In this document: piece after piece, positions 12,192 to 24,953 of the stretch
How positions within the stretch are numbered: position 1 is the stretch's first letter
Layout: each line of letters begins with the position of its first letter
Source: Octopus vulgaris
Lineage: Eukaryota
NCBI GenBank assembly: GCA_951406725.2
Contig: OX597827.1
Span: 5,642,001-5,706,000 of the forward strand
DNA length: 64,000 nucleotides
Direction: 5' to 3'
Position numbers and translations under genes: made by a program
Notes under the pieces: generated by a model
Database searches by the model: none
The model's input: only the letters and a program-made list of their open reading frames with translations
Told to the model about the DNA's origin: nothing

Positions 12192-12408
12192 CCCTTTTGT
12201 TACCGTATTTATTTTGAGATGCTCTGTGTTTCTTTTAATTAATCTTAAATATAACAAAGAATTTAGTAAAATAACTTAGTTATCATCAAGCTAGTGTTAG
12301 GAACATAAATTGTGACTAAGGTTTGGTGGAAGATTTTAAGTCAAAACTTATGTAAACAAGACATTTGTATTCAGAGCCAGAGCCAGTTTCAGTCGGGTAA
12401 TGAAAGGG
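12192..12408. mobile_element. piggyBac-type MITE with TTAA TSD, nested in another TTAA MITE
   Basis: TTAA|CCCTTTTGTTACC...GGTAATGAAAGGG|TTAA. The preceding 12088-12187 matches the MITE family at 53410. Confidence 0.8.
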
Positions 12409-13230
12409 TTAATATGTTTATCTTTTTTCCTTATTCGAGATAGTTTTAGCCATCATTACCAAAACCATGTTGGAAAATTGCCTGCATCAGTGAGTGTGAT
12501 TTGAGAGAGACTAGGTAGCTATTTCTACCAAGCTGAACGAAAACATAAAGGCTCAAACAGTAGCACATTCCTATACCATTTTAAACCACTGGAGATATCT
12601 AAGATGCATCATTAATGAAATGAAATGAAGTACTTTGAACCAAACAAAATTAAGGAAGCCAGATGTCTTTATGTGTAATAGCACCAAAGGAGATGGTGAT
12701 GATGATGCTGGTTGTGGCGTTGGCGGTGTTGGTATTTTCCAATCTTCATTGTCTTCTTTGCAGTTAAATCAGTTTGAATCATTAGAAATATTAGGAAGTA
12801 ACATATGTACTAAGGAGGATATTTAAAGTTAAAAGTTGTCCACAAGAAGTGTAAGGAGCATGGCAGCTATTCTTTGTGGAAAGAAATAGCTTTTGTGTTG
12901 TGTGATTGTTCAACATTGCTATGTTGTCATGCCATTGTTGGAGAAAACAGTGACAGTCTATACAACAATGTAAGAAGTGGATGACAGATTATAGCTTCTG
13001 ATGTAAGAATGATTACAAGTGTAATTGAATTATGCTTGGAAAAGAATCCTTTACTTGCAAGTACGAGGCTTATGGTTACATATTTTCTTAGTTCTTGTTA
13101 ATTGTCAGAGCAAAGAGAAAAGAAGAGAATGAAGAACTTGATGAATATGGACTAATTCAAAAGTGCATTATTTGAAGTTCGTCGATAGTGTTGTAATGTA
13201 TAACACAATTGCTTACAAGATCAATACTTG

Positions 13231-13295
<65 letters not shown>

Positions 13296-13654
13296 GTATG
13301 TATATGTATATGTATATATCTATATCTATATATATATATATGTATATGTATGTTAATAAATAAAATAATATATAAATATAAAAATATACATACATACATA
13401 CATATATATATATTTGTATATATATATATAAAATTTATTAGTTTAAATTATTTAAATAATTTTTTATTTTTAACTTTTATATTTCAAATCAATTTTATGT
13501 ATTGGCTTATGTTTTTCACTGTTTGATTTGCCTAATAGTGGTTTTATCTCTAATTTAATATAATATAATATAATATATTTATACTATAAAATTGGATTTA
13601 ATCCTAAATCTAATTTTTCCCTGTAAGTTTGGATTTATTCCCTAATATTATTAT

Positions 13655-13700
<46 letters not shown>

Positions 13701-13934
13701 GTATGTATATGTATATATATGTATGTGTGTGTGTGAAGATTCTGTTTTTGTTTGAAGACTCCACCAGAGTGGACGCCAGCGCTAATATATGATTTATAAA
13801 AACATGTGACATATTAATAAATATCTGTAAATATAAAACCATCCAGATTTATGAGTACCTTATTTCTTCTAATATATAATACCTGTACATCATCACCAAA
13901 CCTTCTAATATATGTATGTATGTATGTATATACT

Positions 13935-14133
13935 GTTACTGGATTTAAGGGTATCATGAAAGGCCTGGTTGGAGGCCCAACCTTCTGGGTTCTTTTACAG
14001 GGCTTAGAAAAACTGAAGGACCACTGCAATAAGTGTTTGAATCTGAGAGGGGAATATGTTGAACAAAATCATAATTAACTGACCCCCTTGTAATTTCTTT
14101 TACCCAAACCCAGGAACTTTTCAGTACCCTTCA
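13935..14133 (+). mobile_element. Mariner-derived MITE (partial)
   Basis: Encodes the GLEKLKDHCNKCLNLRGEYVE transposase C-terminus; right TIR CCAGGAACTTTTCAGTACCCTTCA. Same family as 23665 and 40919. Confidence 0.75.
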
Positions 14134-14369
14134 TGTCTCTGTGTGTGTGTGATTATATATGTCTGTGTGTCTTTGTGTTTGTTCCCAAACATTACTTGAC
14201 AACCGGTGTTGGTGTGTTTATGACACTGTAACTTAGCAGTTTGACAAAATAGAAAAAATAGAATAAGTACAAAACTTTAAAAAAAAGTAAGTTCTGGGGT
14301 CATGAACACAGTCTAATGACTGAAACCAATAAAAGATAAAAGATAAATAACTATCTATCTATCTATATA

Positions 14370-14417
<48 letters not shown>

Positions 14418-14420
<3 letters not shown>

Positions 14421-14650
14421 TTTTATTCTTTTACTTGTTTCAACTATTTGACAGCAGCCATACTGGAGCACCACCTTTAGTTGAGCAAATTGACCCCAGA
14501 AGTTATTCTTTGTAAGCCTAGTACTTATTCTATTCGTCTCTTTTGCTAAACTGCTAAGTTACAGGGATGCAAACACACCAGGATCAGTTTTCAAGTGATG
14601 TTGGGGGAACAAACACAGACACACAAACATATACATATGCATACATACAT

Positions 14651-14685
<35 letters not shown>

Positions 14686-15060
14686 CGACAGGCTTCTTTC
14701 AGTTTCCATCTACCAAACCCACTCGCAAGGGTTTGATTGGCCTGAGGCTATAGTAAAAGACACTTGCCCAAGGTGCCATGCAGTGGGACTGAACCCAGAA
14801 CCATGTAGCTGGTAAGCAAGTTAATTACCACACAGCCACTCCTGTGTCTATATATTCTTTTACTCTTTTACTTGTTTCAGTTATTTGACTGTGACCATGC
14901 TGGAGCACCACCTTAAGGGGTGTTAGTCAAACAAATTGACTTGTTCTTTGTAAGTCTAGGACTGATTCTACCTGTCTCTTTTGCTGAACGTTACGGGGAT
15001 GTAAGTACACCAACTCAGTTGTCAGGCGATGGGGAACACAAACACAACACACAAATATAT
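14418..15060 (-). mobile_element. Two tandem SINE family A copies (second partial)
   Basis: Family A tail, core and head sequences. Confidence 0.8.
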
Positions 15061-15078
15061 ACTTACATACATAAATAC

Positions 15079-15167
<89 letters not shown>

Positions 15168-15189
15168 TAATAATAATAATAATAATAAA

Positions 15190-15312
15190 CAACCAAATAT
15201 ATGGCACACTAGGCATAACAACAACGTGAACTTCCAACCTGTTGTCTCTTGAGGTCTCCGGGTGAGACTTGGAGCCAACTTGTACAAATATAAAGCAAAA
15301 GTCAAACATATA
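15190..15312 (+). mobile_element. Short LINE 3'-end fragment embedded in (TAA)n (R4/Dong-like)
   Basis: GAGGTCTCCGGGTGAGACTTGGAGCCAAC...AAAGCAAAAG then (TAA)n. Reverse copy at 20928-21055, also next to (TTA)n. Confidence 0.55.
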
Positions 15313-15436
15313 ATAATAATAATAATAGTAGGGAATATAATTCCAAAACTTACAGGGAAGAATTCAATTTAGCAATTCTAAATCAGATTTCACAATATAT
15401 AATGATGATGATGATGATGATGAAGATAATATATGT

Positions 15437-15828
15437 ATATAATTTAGAGAAAAGCCTCTATTAAACAATTCACTCATGAAAGATGTTATTCACACCATAT
15501 AGAAAACATATGCTATAAAAACCTTATTCCAAAAACCAATAAAGTGCAAAAACAATAAATAGTAAATAGTAGTAAAAAGACTACGTTCATTTCGTGGCTA
15601 TATTTTTCAAATAGATAATAATAATAATAAAATCAATGCGATTTAGAATTAAATCAGTCTAAAATTAAATCTATTTAAAAATATAGTCCCTCATCAGGTC
15701 TAAAATAATAATAATAATAAAAATAATAATGATAATAATAATAATAATAATAATAATGATAATAATAATAAGGAGTTGGGAAGACACTCCGCAAGAAATG
15801 GAAGCAAATTTGAAAGAAGAAAAAAAAA

Positions 15829-15861
<33 letters not shown>

Positions 15862-16137
15862 GAATAAATGTACTTATCATAACTTATACAAATCATCAAA
15901 TAAAAATAGAAAAATACGTGCATTAATTATAAATAATTGAAAAACATTTAACATATTTCTAAAAATAAAAACAGATCTTATCGAAGGATTTCTGTTAACT
16001 CTTTTTACTACTATTTACTATTTATTGTTTTTGTACTTTATTGATTTTTAGAATACATTTTTTAATAGCATATGTTTTCTATATGGTGTGAATAACATCT
16101 TTCATTATTGAATTGTTTGCTAGATGTTTTTCTCTAA

Positions 16138-16144
<7 letters not shown>
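15437..16144. repeat. Inverted repeat, ~140-bp arms (15437-15580 / 16000-16144)
   Basis: GATGTTATTCACACCATATAGAAAACATATGCTA versus TAGCATATGTTTTCTATATGGTGTGAATAACATC. Confidence 0.9.
15578..15701 (-). ncRNA. Type I hammerhead-ribozyme-like motif with extended AT-rich stem II
   Basis: Minus strand: AGAC-CTGATGA-GGGACTATATTTTTAAATAGAT...ATCTATTTGAAAAATATAGCCAC-GAAA-TGAAC-GTA-GTCT. Stem I AGAC/GTCT, GUA cleavage triplet. Confidence 0.65.
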
Positions 16145-16173
<29 letters not shown>

Positions 16174-16206
16174 TATATATATACATACATATATATGTAT
16201 ATATAT

Positions 16207-16305
<99 letters not shown>

Positions 16306-16488
16306 CAACAATATAAGGAATGGGCATATAGGACATTCGACTCACTAGAAAGAGCAGCCAACTCAAACCGCTAAATAGTTGTAATTCTGAAATAGAAAGA
16401 GAAATAAAACGTTTACCCTTTTCATCTCTGGACTATGCATAGTTTCGGCAAACTTAGGCAAATAAATTAATTAAATTAAATTAAATTC

Positions 16489-16600
<112 letters not shown>

Positions 16601-16732
16601 TTAGGTCATATTCTGTTAAGAACATACTAAAGTACAGAATAAAGCTCGTCCAGGTATCAGATTTCACCCAGTGCTATCCAGATTTGCATTGAGGCTTCTG
16701 TAGAGTGTGAATGGATAATTGAAGACGACGAT

Positions 16733-17156
16733 GTCAACAAGGAGTACAGAGGAACATTTGTTTGTAATCACTACAATTGTTTCCATGCAATGTAGTTCTC
16801 CAGGTTCATGGGTATTTGGTTATGTAACCATTTCCCTGCATTATGAAATCGTTTGTTTTGTCAGGTGATATATGACTATTGTTTCTGTGATTCTTAAACT
16901 CAAATTTTCGGTTTCAGTTACATCGTTTCTGTTTCTGTCATGGCTATATGACAGAGACAGAAAGGATATGGTTGAAGCTGAAAATATGAGTTTATGGAAC
17001 AGAGAAATAAGATTTATATATCACCTGATGAAACAAAAGATCTCACAATGCAGGGAAATGGTTACACAACCAAATACTTGCAAACCTGGAGAAGTACATT
17101 GCGTGGAAACAATCGTAGTGATTACAAATAAACGTTCCTTTGTACTCCTTGTTGAC
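16733..17156. repeat. Inverted repeat, ~140-bp arms (16733-16872 / 17017-17156)
   Basis: GTCAACAAGGAGTACA...TCAGGTGATATA versus TATATCACCTGA...TGTACTCCTTGTTGAC, with scattered mismatches. Confidence 0.88.
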
Positions 17157-17414
17157 TCAAATTTATTCATATATATATATATATATATATGACAGACTTC
17201 TTTCAGTTTCTGTCTACCGAATCCTCTCACAAGGCTTTAGCAGGCCTGAGGCTACAGTAGAAGACACTTGTTGAAGGTGGTATGCAGTGGGACTGAACCT
17301 AGACCCATGTGGTTGGGAAGCAAGTTTCTTATGTACATATTCATATAATATATATTTATGTGTGTGTGTGTGCATGTATTTATATATATATATATAGACA
17401 TAAATATATATATA

Positions 17415-17452
<38 letters not shown>

Positions 17453-17914
17453 TATATTAATATATGCATCAATATACACACATATATGTCTGCATATATA
17501 GATGTATGAATGTTTGCTTTCAGCAAGAAGTTATGCAGGAAAACAATTTAACATTAAATTGAAGGATTATTCAATATGTTCTGGTCGAGGACATATTTAT
17601 TAATATTTACAAAAGAAAGGTTGACAGTGACTTTAAAGATGCAGTTTGCTCTCTGTCAGTGGCAAGCAAACCACAACATATATAGATGTATATGTGTGTC
17701 TATGTTACGTGTGTGTGTGTGTGTGTTTGTGTGTGTTTGTGTGTATTATGATGAACATTTAACATCCATTTCCTCGGTGGCCTTGGTTAGGTGGTCCAAT
17801 CTATATATATATGTATATATATGAATGTGTGTGTGTGTGTGTGTGTGTGCATGTGTATAAATGTATGTATGTATGTGTGTGTATATATACATATACATAT
17901 ATATATATACATAT

Positions 17915-17980
17915 ATCTTGGCATGAAAAGAATAGCATGCAGTTCAATGCTGAAAAGTTTCAAGCTTTATGCTATCAGCA

Positions 17981-18016
<36 letters not shown>

Positions 18017-18401
18017 TATACATACATATACACATATACATGAACGTATATGCACACACACATATTTATGTGTGCATCTGTGTATATGTGTCTATATGTG
18101 CATGTATGTATGTACGCATGCATGTATGTTTTTATGTATGTATTTATGTATGTGTGTATGTATGTATATATGTACGCATGTACACGTATTATATGCCTCA
18201 ATGTATATCCCAGTATTATATTATGTTCTCTATTTACTTTAATGTAATCCTCATTTTCAGTTCATATTCTGCGAGCAATGTTCAAAGTAAATTCATTTGT
18301 GTAATTGTTTTCTCTTGTACATCGCCAAGCTTAGACATTAAATAATTCTACTATCATGAAATGAAGGAATGTGCAGAATTGTTTTCGGGAAAAAAAGTAC
18401 A

Positions 18402-18437
<36 letters not shown>

Positions 18438-18680
18438 AAAAAAAATAAAAATGAATGAATGAATAAATAGAATCAGGCTGGATCTCTGGGCCACTCCTTC
18501 ATATTTAGGTTATTATCTCTAGCTTTGAACAGAGCTGACAATCTGCTTAACAAATAATCTTTGATGTTTTTACACATTCTTCTGTGAGCCTATTCCATTT
18601 ATCTACTGTTCTCATCAAAAGACAGGAATTTAATTTACTGCAAACATTTTCCCTCTTTCCATCACTATCATCTCTCTTTT
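17915..18680. mobile_element. Small CR1/L2-like RT fragments among microsatellites
   Basis: Plus strand WHEKNSMQFNAEKFQAL (~17920-17975); minus strand [14 protein letters not shown] (~18560-18620). Confidence 0.45.
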
Positions 18681-18703
18681 CTCTTCTATTTCTCAATCTC
18701 TTT

Positions 18704-18763
<60 letters not shown>

Positions 18764-18814
18764 TGTATATATATATATATATATACTGTTTTAAGCAATT
18801 CTTGTTGCTTTTTT

Positions 18815-18875
<61 letters not shown>

Positions 18876-19542
18876 TTCATTCCTTTCAACATTTACCAAT
18901 CTCTGCCTTTCTCTTTCTTTCACTCTCTCTCTTCCTCTCTTTCTCTTTTACCCTCTCTCTCTCTCTCCCCCTTTATTATATACATTCTTTTATTCAAGGT
19001 GAGTATTATTTTTTTTTTTCTCTTTCTGACCATATTATTTAAATTAGAAACCAGTGAGATTTATTCTAAAGCATGCTGCCTCTAATTATATTCATGGCCT
19101 AAGAGGTCTGACATTGATCATTTTATAAGAAAAGTATATTTCAGAGAGTTAATATTAAGGCTTCAATAGTAATTTCATGTTTTTGCTGTTATGGTCACAT
19201 GCTGTTTACAGACTCAGAGCAGCTCCTCCTTTCTTCTCCTTCTACTTAAGTTGTTCTCTCTATTCTGTTGAGCTCCATTTTTATTTCTCTTAATTTCTTT
19301 TTTTTTTATTTCTTTCTCGATGGGGGTGGGGGTGGGGGGATAATTTTACTTGTCTCTCAAATGATTTGATCTGAGACCAGTCATGTGTTGGATGTAATTG
19401 CACAATTTTCCTTGATTATGTTGTTCGCCCATGGGACCAGCTTTCTTGGTCCTCTGTCTCAACCATTCCTATTTTTGTTTGCCTTACAGCCTAATACTTT
19501 TAATACTTTAGAACTTACAAGTCAACAAGGGAAACTCTTTGC

Positions 19543-20420
19543 TAGTGGGGCTCTACCAGGATCCATATGGCCCTTGGGGGTCCATATTACTTTTTACTCT
19601 TTTACTCTTTTACTTGTTTCAGTCATTTGACTGTGGCCACGCTGGAGCACCACCTTTAGTCAAGCAAATCGACCCCAGGACTTATTCTTTGTAAGCCTAG
19701 TACTTATTCTATAGGTCTCTTTTGCTGAACTGCTAAGTTACGGGGACGTAAACACACCAGCATCAGCTGTCAAGTGACGTTGATGGGACAAACACAGACA
19801 CACAAACATATACACAGATACATACACACACACACACACACATATATATATTTCTTTACTGCCCTCAAGGGGCTAAACATAGAGGGGACAAACAAGGGCA
19901 GACAAAGGGATTAAGTCGATTACATCGACCCAGTGCAAAACTGGTACTTTATTTATCGACCCCGAGAGGATGAAAGGCAAAGTCGACCTCGGCGTAATTT
20001 GAACTCAGAACGTAACGGCAGACGAAATACGGCTATGCATTTCGCCCGGCGTGCTAACGATTCTGCCAGATGGGCTTCTTTCAGTTTCTGTCTACCAAAT
20101 CCACTCACAAGACTTTGGTCGGCCCGAGGTTATAGTAGAATACACTTACCCAAGTTGCCACGCAATGGGACTGAACCCGGAACCATGTGATTGGTAAGCA
20201 ATCTACTTACCATGTAGCCACTCCTATGCCTATAAGATTTTATTGTTAAAATTTATCCCCAATAAATTGGTTTATACTTCTACAGTGCACAAAATATTTT
20301 AATAATTATTTTTATTTGATTCTTAATAATATTTAATTATAAAAATATAATAGGATTTTTTAAACATTGAGTGTCTATGAGGGTCCACCCAAGTAAAACA
20401 GGAATCAAAGTGGTCCATAG
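19543..20420. mobile_element. Nested insertion: hAT-like MITE split by SINE A (19586-20231), itself containing SINE B (19851-20069)
   Basis: Flanks 19543-19585 and 20232-20420 rejoin to match the element at 30562 (GGGGTCCAT|...AAGATTTT.TTGTTAAAATTTAT). Confidence 0.7.
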
Positions 20421-20664
20421 AGTCTATGCAGCTAATTGTCCGGCTAGATATAGCAGCCAAAGCATCTTCTAGTTACCTTTGAATTCTAATATTTATCCTT
20501 TTTCACTGCAGAGACCACATTCAAGTATATAGTTGTGACACCTGTTGTTCTAATTGATATATGTTGCTTCATCTGATCCTAGAAGTCCATCATTTTTATT
20601 CCTGGTAGAAATTATGTAAATAGTAGGTTACTACCTGTAACTTTAGGTATCCACAAGTTTTCAG

Positions 20665-20895
20665 CAGTCTTTCAAGTGTTTAGAACCCTCCTGATAATCC
20701 TTGCTGTCCCTAAAAGCCAAGCTTTCTGTTGGAGCTCTACTGAACATTCTATTTCAATCTCATTCAGCCATTTGTCTATATCTTTGCTTACTGTTGCTGA
20801 CCAATGCACCAATTTTTATAAGCACGACTTTTACTGTTTGCATGCTCCACATTCTTATTATTTCAAATTTTAAGGGATTATATTTTTTATTCCTC
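20665..20895 (-). mobile_element. R4/Dong-like LINE restriction-like endonuclease C-terminus
   Basis: YNPLKFEIIRMWSMQTVKVVLIKIGAL / TVSKDIDKWLNEIEIECSVELQQKAWLLGTARIIRRVL (frameshifted), next to (TTA)n. Confidence 0.7.
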
Positions 20896-21129
20896 TTTCT
20901 TTATTATTATTATTATTATTATTATTATATGCTTAGCTTTTGCTTTATATTTGTACACGTTGGTTCCAAGTCTCACCCAGAGACCTCAGGAGGCAACAAG
21001 TTAGAAGTTCAAGTTGGTGTTATATAACTAGGGTGCCATATTTTTGGTTTTGCACAAAGTATTGTTCTTGGGAATGCCAGTCGAAACATAAGAAAATTAG
21101 AAGTTTGTTTTAAAAGTAATTTGATTTGA

Positions 21130-21135
21130 TTACTG

Positions 21136-21166
<31 letters not shown>

Positions 21167-21253
21167 CAGCACCAGCAGCAGCACCACTACCACCGCTACT
21201 GCCACCACCACCACCACCACCACCACTACCACCACCAGCACCACCACCACCAG

Positions 21254-21304
<51 letters not shown>

Positions 21305-21383
21305 TACTATTACTACCAGCAGCAGCACCACCACCACCACCACTGCTGCCGCCACCACCACCACCACCACCACCACCACCACC

Positions 21384-21417
<34 letters not shown>

Positions 21418-21430
21418 TCATCATCATCAT
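21130..21430. repeat. Compound (CTA)/(CAC)/(CAG) trinucleotide repeat
   Basis: Seen directly. Confidence 0.95.
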
Positions 21431-21550
21431 TCAGTTAGTCTAATAGCATACATTTGTGCAGCCGTTTATCTACACCAAATTTTCCTGTCTGCTTATGTCT
21501 TTTGAAGTTTGTAGAGCCAATAGCCATTTAGAGACCCACTGCAATTGATT

Positions 21551-21598
<48 letters not shown>

Positions 21599-22987
21599 AT
21601 AGACCAAAATACAAGAGTGAAATAAGACGGACTGCTGGGAAGGGTGATAGGAAAAGACAGAGGAGAGAGAAGGGGGGGGCTAAAAATGCACATCAAACAC
21701 ATATTTAGTCTGGACGACCGGTCCTTTTCTTCTTCGTAGCAGTCTGTATTTTTATAATCTTTGTATTGGTAATGTAATAGGAAATAAGTGTTCTCCAGCT
21801 TGAACAAATTGATAGTTATCTACTTGTAAATCAAATGCTAGAATAGAATGACGAGGAAAAGAAAATGCTAAAGAGAAAGCCGTAGTAGAGACAATCACCT
21901 GACCTTGAAATTGTTTGCTGCTAATCCTGATTTTGCTTACTACTAATCCTGATTTGTGCTCCAAGAATTATTGATATGAATTAATCAGTTAATGTTCAAA
22001 TGTCAAATTCTTTAATCTTTCTAAATCTGATGTCATAATAAGAATTAAGCAGGAATGGATTGAATCTTTGACTAGCAGCAAAGAGTTTGCATCTATTATG
22101 TAACTTCAAAATAGTATTTAACTGGAACATTATAAAATCTTCTTCTTCAAGCAGCCAAGATGCATTTCATTCACAATGCCACACCAGGAATCTCTGTATT
22201 CCCCCACCCCCACCCCCATCACCACCGTTAGGTTTTGGTAGGCCTTCATTTTCATGCTGTTGCATCTCTGTCACTAATATTAATATAGTTGAAATGTAGT
22301 TGAGTGGTTTTCGTCCCCTATTAGGGTGAAAAAATCACCAATGTATAACATTGGATATGGTCTTTTGTTCTGCATGATAGTAGTGGCTGCTATTATTGTG
22401 GCTAACAAATCCTACCAGAAACCACTTGAATTGTAGACTAGAAGGTAACAAATCACTTCTATAATTTATAATGGCATGATTAAGAGCCAACAAAGCCTGC
22501 TCAGTGACTCTGAAGTAGATGAATGATAAAGTTGGCCTTGGTAGGATTTTGAACTGAAAATGTAGAGTGTTGGAGCAAATATTGGTTTCAAATTTTGGCA
22601 CAAGATGAGCAATTTTAGGGGTTTGGGGGGAAGGTAAGTCAATCACATCAGCCCCAGTGTTCGACTGGTACTTAATTTATTGTCCCTGACAGGATGAAAG
22701 CCAATGTCGACCTTGCTGGAATTTGGAAGCAGAACATAAAGACAGGAGATGACACTAAGCATTCTGCCCGGTGTGCTAAGAATTCTGCTGGCTCACCACC
22801 TTTGAGCTGGAACAAATTTTGAACTACTTCTTATATGACATTTCATTGTTGGGCAGAATGTGACGTAATTCTCTCTTTTGGTCTACTGCTTGTGTCATGT
22901 GGTATCTTGTGACCTCATAAGAAAACTAGTGTAAGTACCAGAAACGGGATCTTGAAGATTCTCCTTTACAGTCTAGGTTTCAGCTCC

Positions 22988-23163
22988 ATCATCATCATCA
23001 TCGTTTAACGTCCGCTTTCCATGCTAGCATGGGCTGGACGATTTTGACTGAGGGCTGGCGAACCAGATGGCTGCACCAGGCTCCAATCTTGATCTGGCAG
23101 AGTTTCTACAGCTGGATGCCCTTCCTAACGCCAACCACTCCGGGAGTGTAGTGGGTGCTTTTT
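22988..23163 (-). mobile_element. RTE LINE 3' terminal fragment
   Basis: (CAT)n-CGTTTAACGTCCGCTTTCCATGCTAGC...GGATGCCCTTCCTAACGCCAACC matches the reverse of 4040-4208. Confidence 0.85.
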
Positions 23164-23664
23164 AAAGCCAGTCTCATTGACTCTATTGATAATGAAATAT
23201 CCATCAGCACAGACTGTAAGCCAATGGTTAAAACTTCTAACACACACAGAAAATATTTTCTCCCGCAGATAATTTTCAATGAGTGAAATAAAATACATGA
23301 AAAATAAAACATAATTCAGTTTTCTGTTCAATTAATTTATTCCAATTTAAAAAACAAATATATAATCATTTATTCATATTTATTTATTCCTTTATTTTAT
23401 ATTACTGTTGGTAAACAATAGCATTGAGAGAGACAAGGGAGTGTTTTATTTGATACTAAACAAATATCTTTTAAGATATCATTTGTAAAGTACTTTTTAT
23501 TCATTTTTCTTGCCATTCTTCACATTTTTTTCTGATATATACATATAAACATATACAGTATATAGACTCACACAGGCATATCTCAGCTGATATATATATA
23601 CATATATATATATATATGTATATACACACACAGACACACACACACACATGCAAATATATACATG

Positions 23665-23879
23665 AGGAAATGCAGAAAAGTTACTAGCTTTAAGGATATT
23701 GTGAAAGGCCTGGTTGGAAGACCAATCTTCCCAGTTCATTTACAGGGCTTACAAAAACTGAAGGATCGCTGCAATAATTGTTTGAATCTGGGAAAGGAAT
23801 GTGGTTTTATAAAATCATAATTAACTGATGTTCCTGTATTTTTCTTTTAGACAAAGCCAAGAACTTTTCAGCACCCCCT

Positions 23880-23880
<1 letters not shown>
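23665..23880 (+). mobile_element. Mariner-derived MITE
   Basis: Same family as 40919-41133. Confidence 0.7.
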
Positions 23881-23914
<34 letters not shown>

Positions 23915-23956
23915 CTGTTTGAGTGTGTGTATACATGCTCACACACATCACATGTC

Positions 23957-24140
23957 GCAGCTGAAATATACGAGGTAGAAGGACCAATCTTGGCACAGAA
24001 GCTCACCAATCTCTTTCAGACTATGTGGCAACAGAAAGTTGTTCCTCAAGAGCATAAGGACCACTTCTGTTGTCCCTCTCTACAAGAGAAAGGGAGAGAG
24101 GCAGTCCCGTGGCAACCACCACCAAGGAATTTCTCTCCTT
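23957..24140 (+). pseudogene. RTE/BovB-like RT fragment
   Basis: AEIYEVEGPILAQKLTNLFQTMWQQKVVPQ / SVVPLYKRKGERQSRGNHHQGISLL (frameshifted). Confidence 0.8.
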
Positions 24141-24584
24141 ATATATATATATATATATATACATTTACACATACACACACTTATACATATATGCGTATAC
24201 AATGAGTTTCTGCAGATTTTCACTCTACTAAATTCCACTCAGAAGTAAACTCATGGTCACAATGGAAGAATGTTGTCCAAGGTACCATGTGACAGAATCA
24301 AACAAGGATCAAATAATAATGGAGTACACATTTTAACCACACTGTCATGCAAAATATAGCTTACAAAATTTGTTTTCCCCATTGATTAATATGGGAGCTT
24401 CACACATGTGGGATGTAGAGTCACTTAACAAAATCAATAGCTTCCAGCTTGATTTTTGTAATTATTTATTTCTTTTACTGTTGCTGTTGATGTTGCTGTT
24501 GTTGTTTAGCCACAGGTTAGCTCTGAATGAGCTGACATATGATCAAAAGCATTGTAACCATTACCGACTTCTTTGTTTTTTTTT

Positions 24585-24953
24585 TTTAGGGACAATATGT
24601 AACATGCCCTTCCTTTTATAAGAAAACAGCGAGTAATTTGAGGGTGATTTGGTTAATATTTCTAGCAGATTGAGTGACCACATAGAGGTTCTGTATTTCT
24701 GATGTCTTTAGGGACAATATGTAACATGCCCTTCATTTTATAAGAAAACAGTGAGTGATTTGAGGGTGATTCAGTTAATATTTCTAGCAGATTGAGTGAC
24801 TACATAGAGGCTCCGTATTTCTGATGTCTTTAGGAACAATATGTAACATGCCCTTCCTTTTATAAGAAAACAGTGAGTGATCTGAGGGTGATTCGGTTAA
24901 TATTTCTAGCAGATTGAGTGACCACATAGAGGCTCTGCATTTCTGATGTCTTT
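24585..24953. repeat. 3 x 122-bp tandem repeat derived from family C
   Basis: [G/A]ACAATATGTAACATGCCC at 24591, 24713 and 24835. Confidence 0.92.

Noticed and set aside
21110-21443. Mucin-like poly-Thr ORF
   Set aside because: Microsatellite with no splice or domain context.
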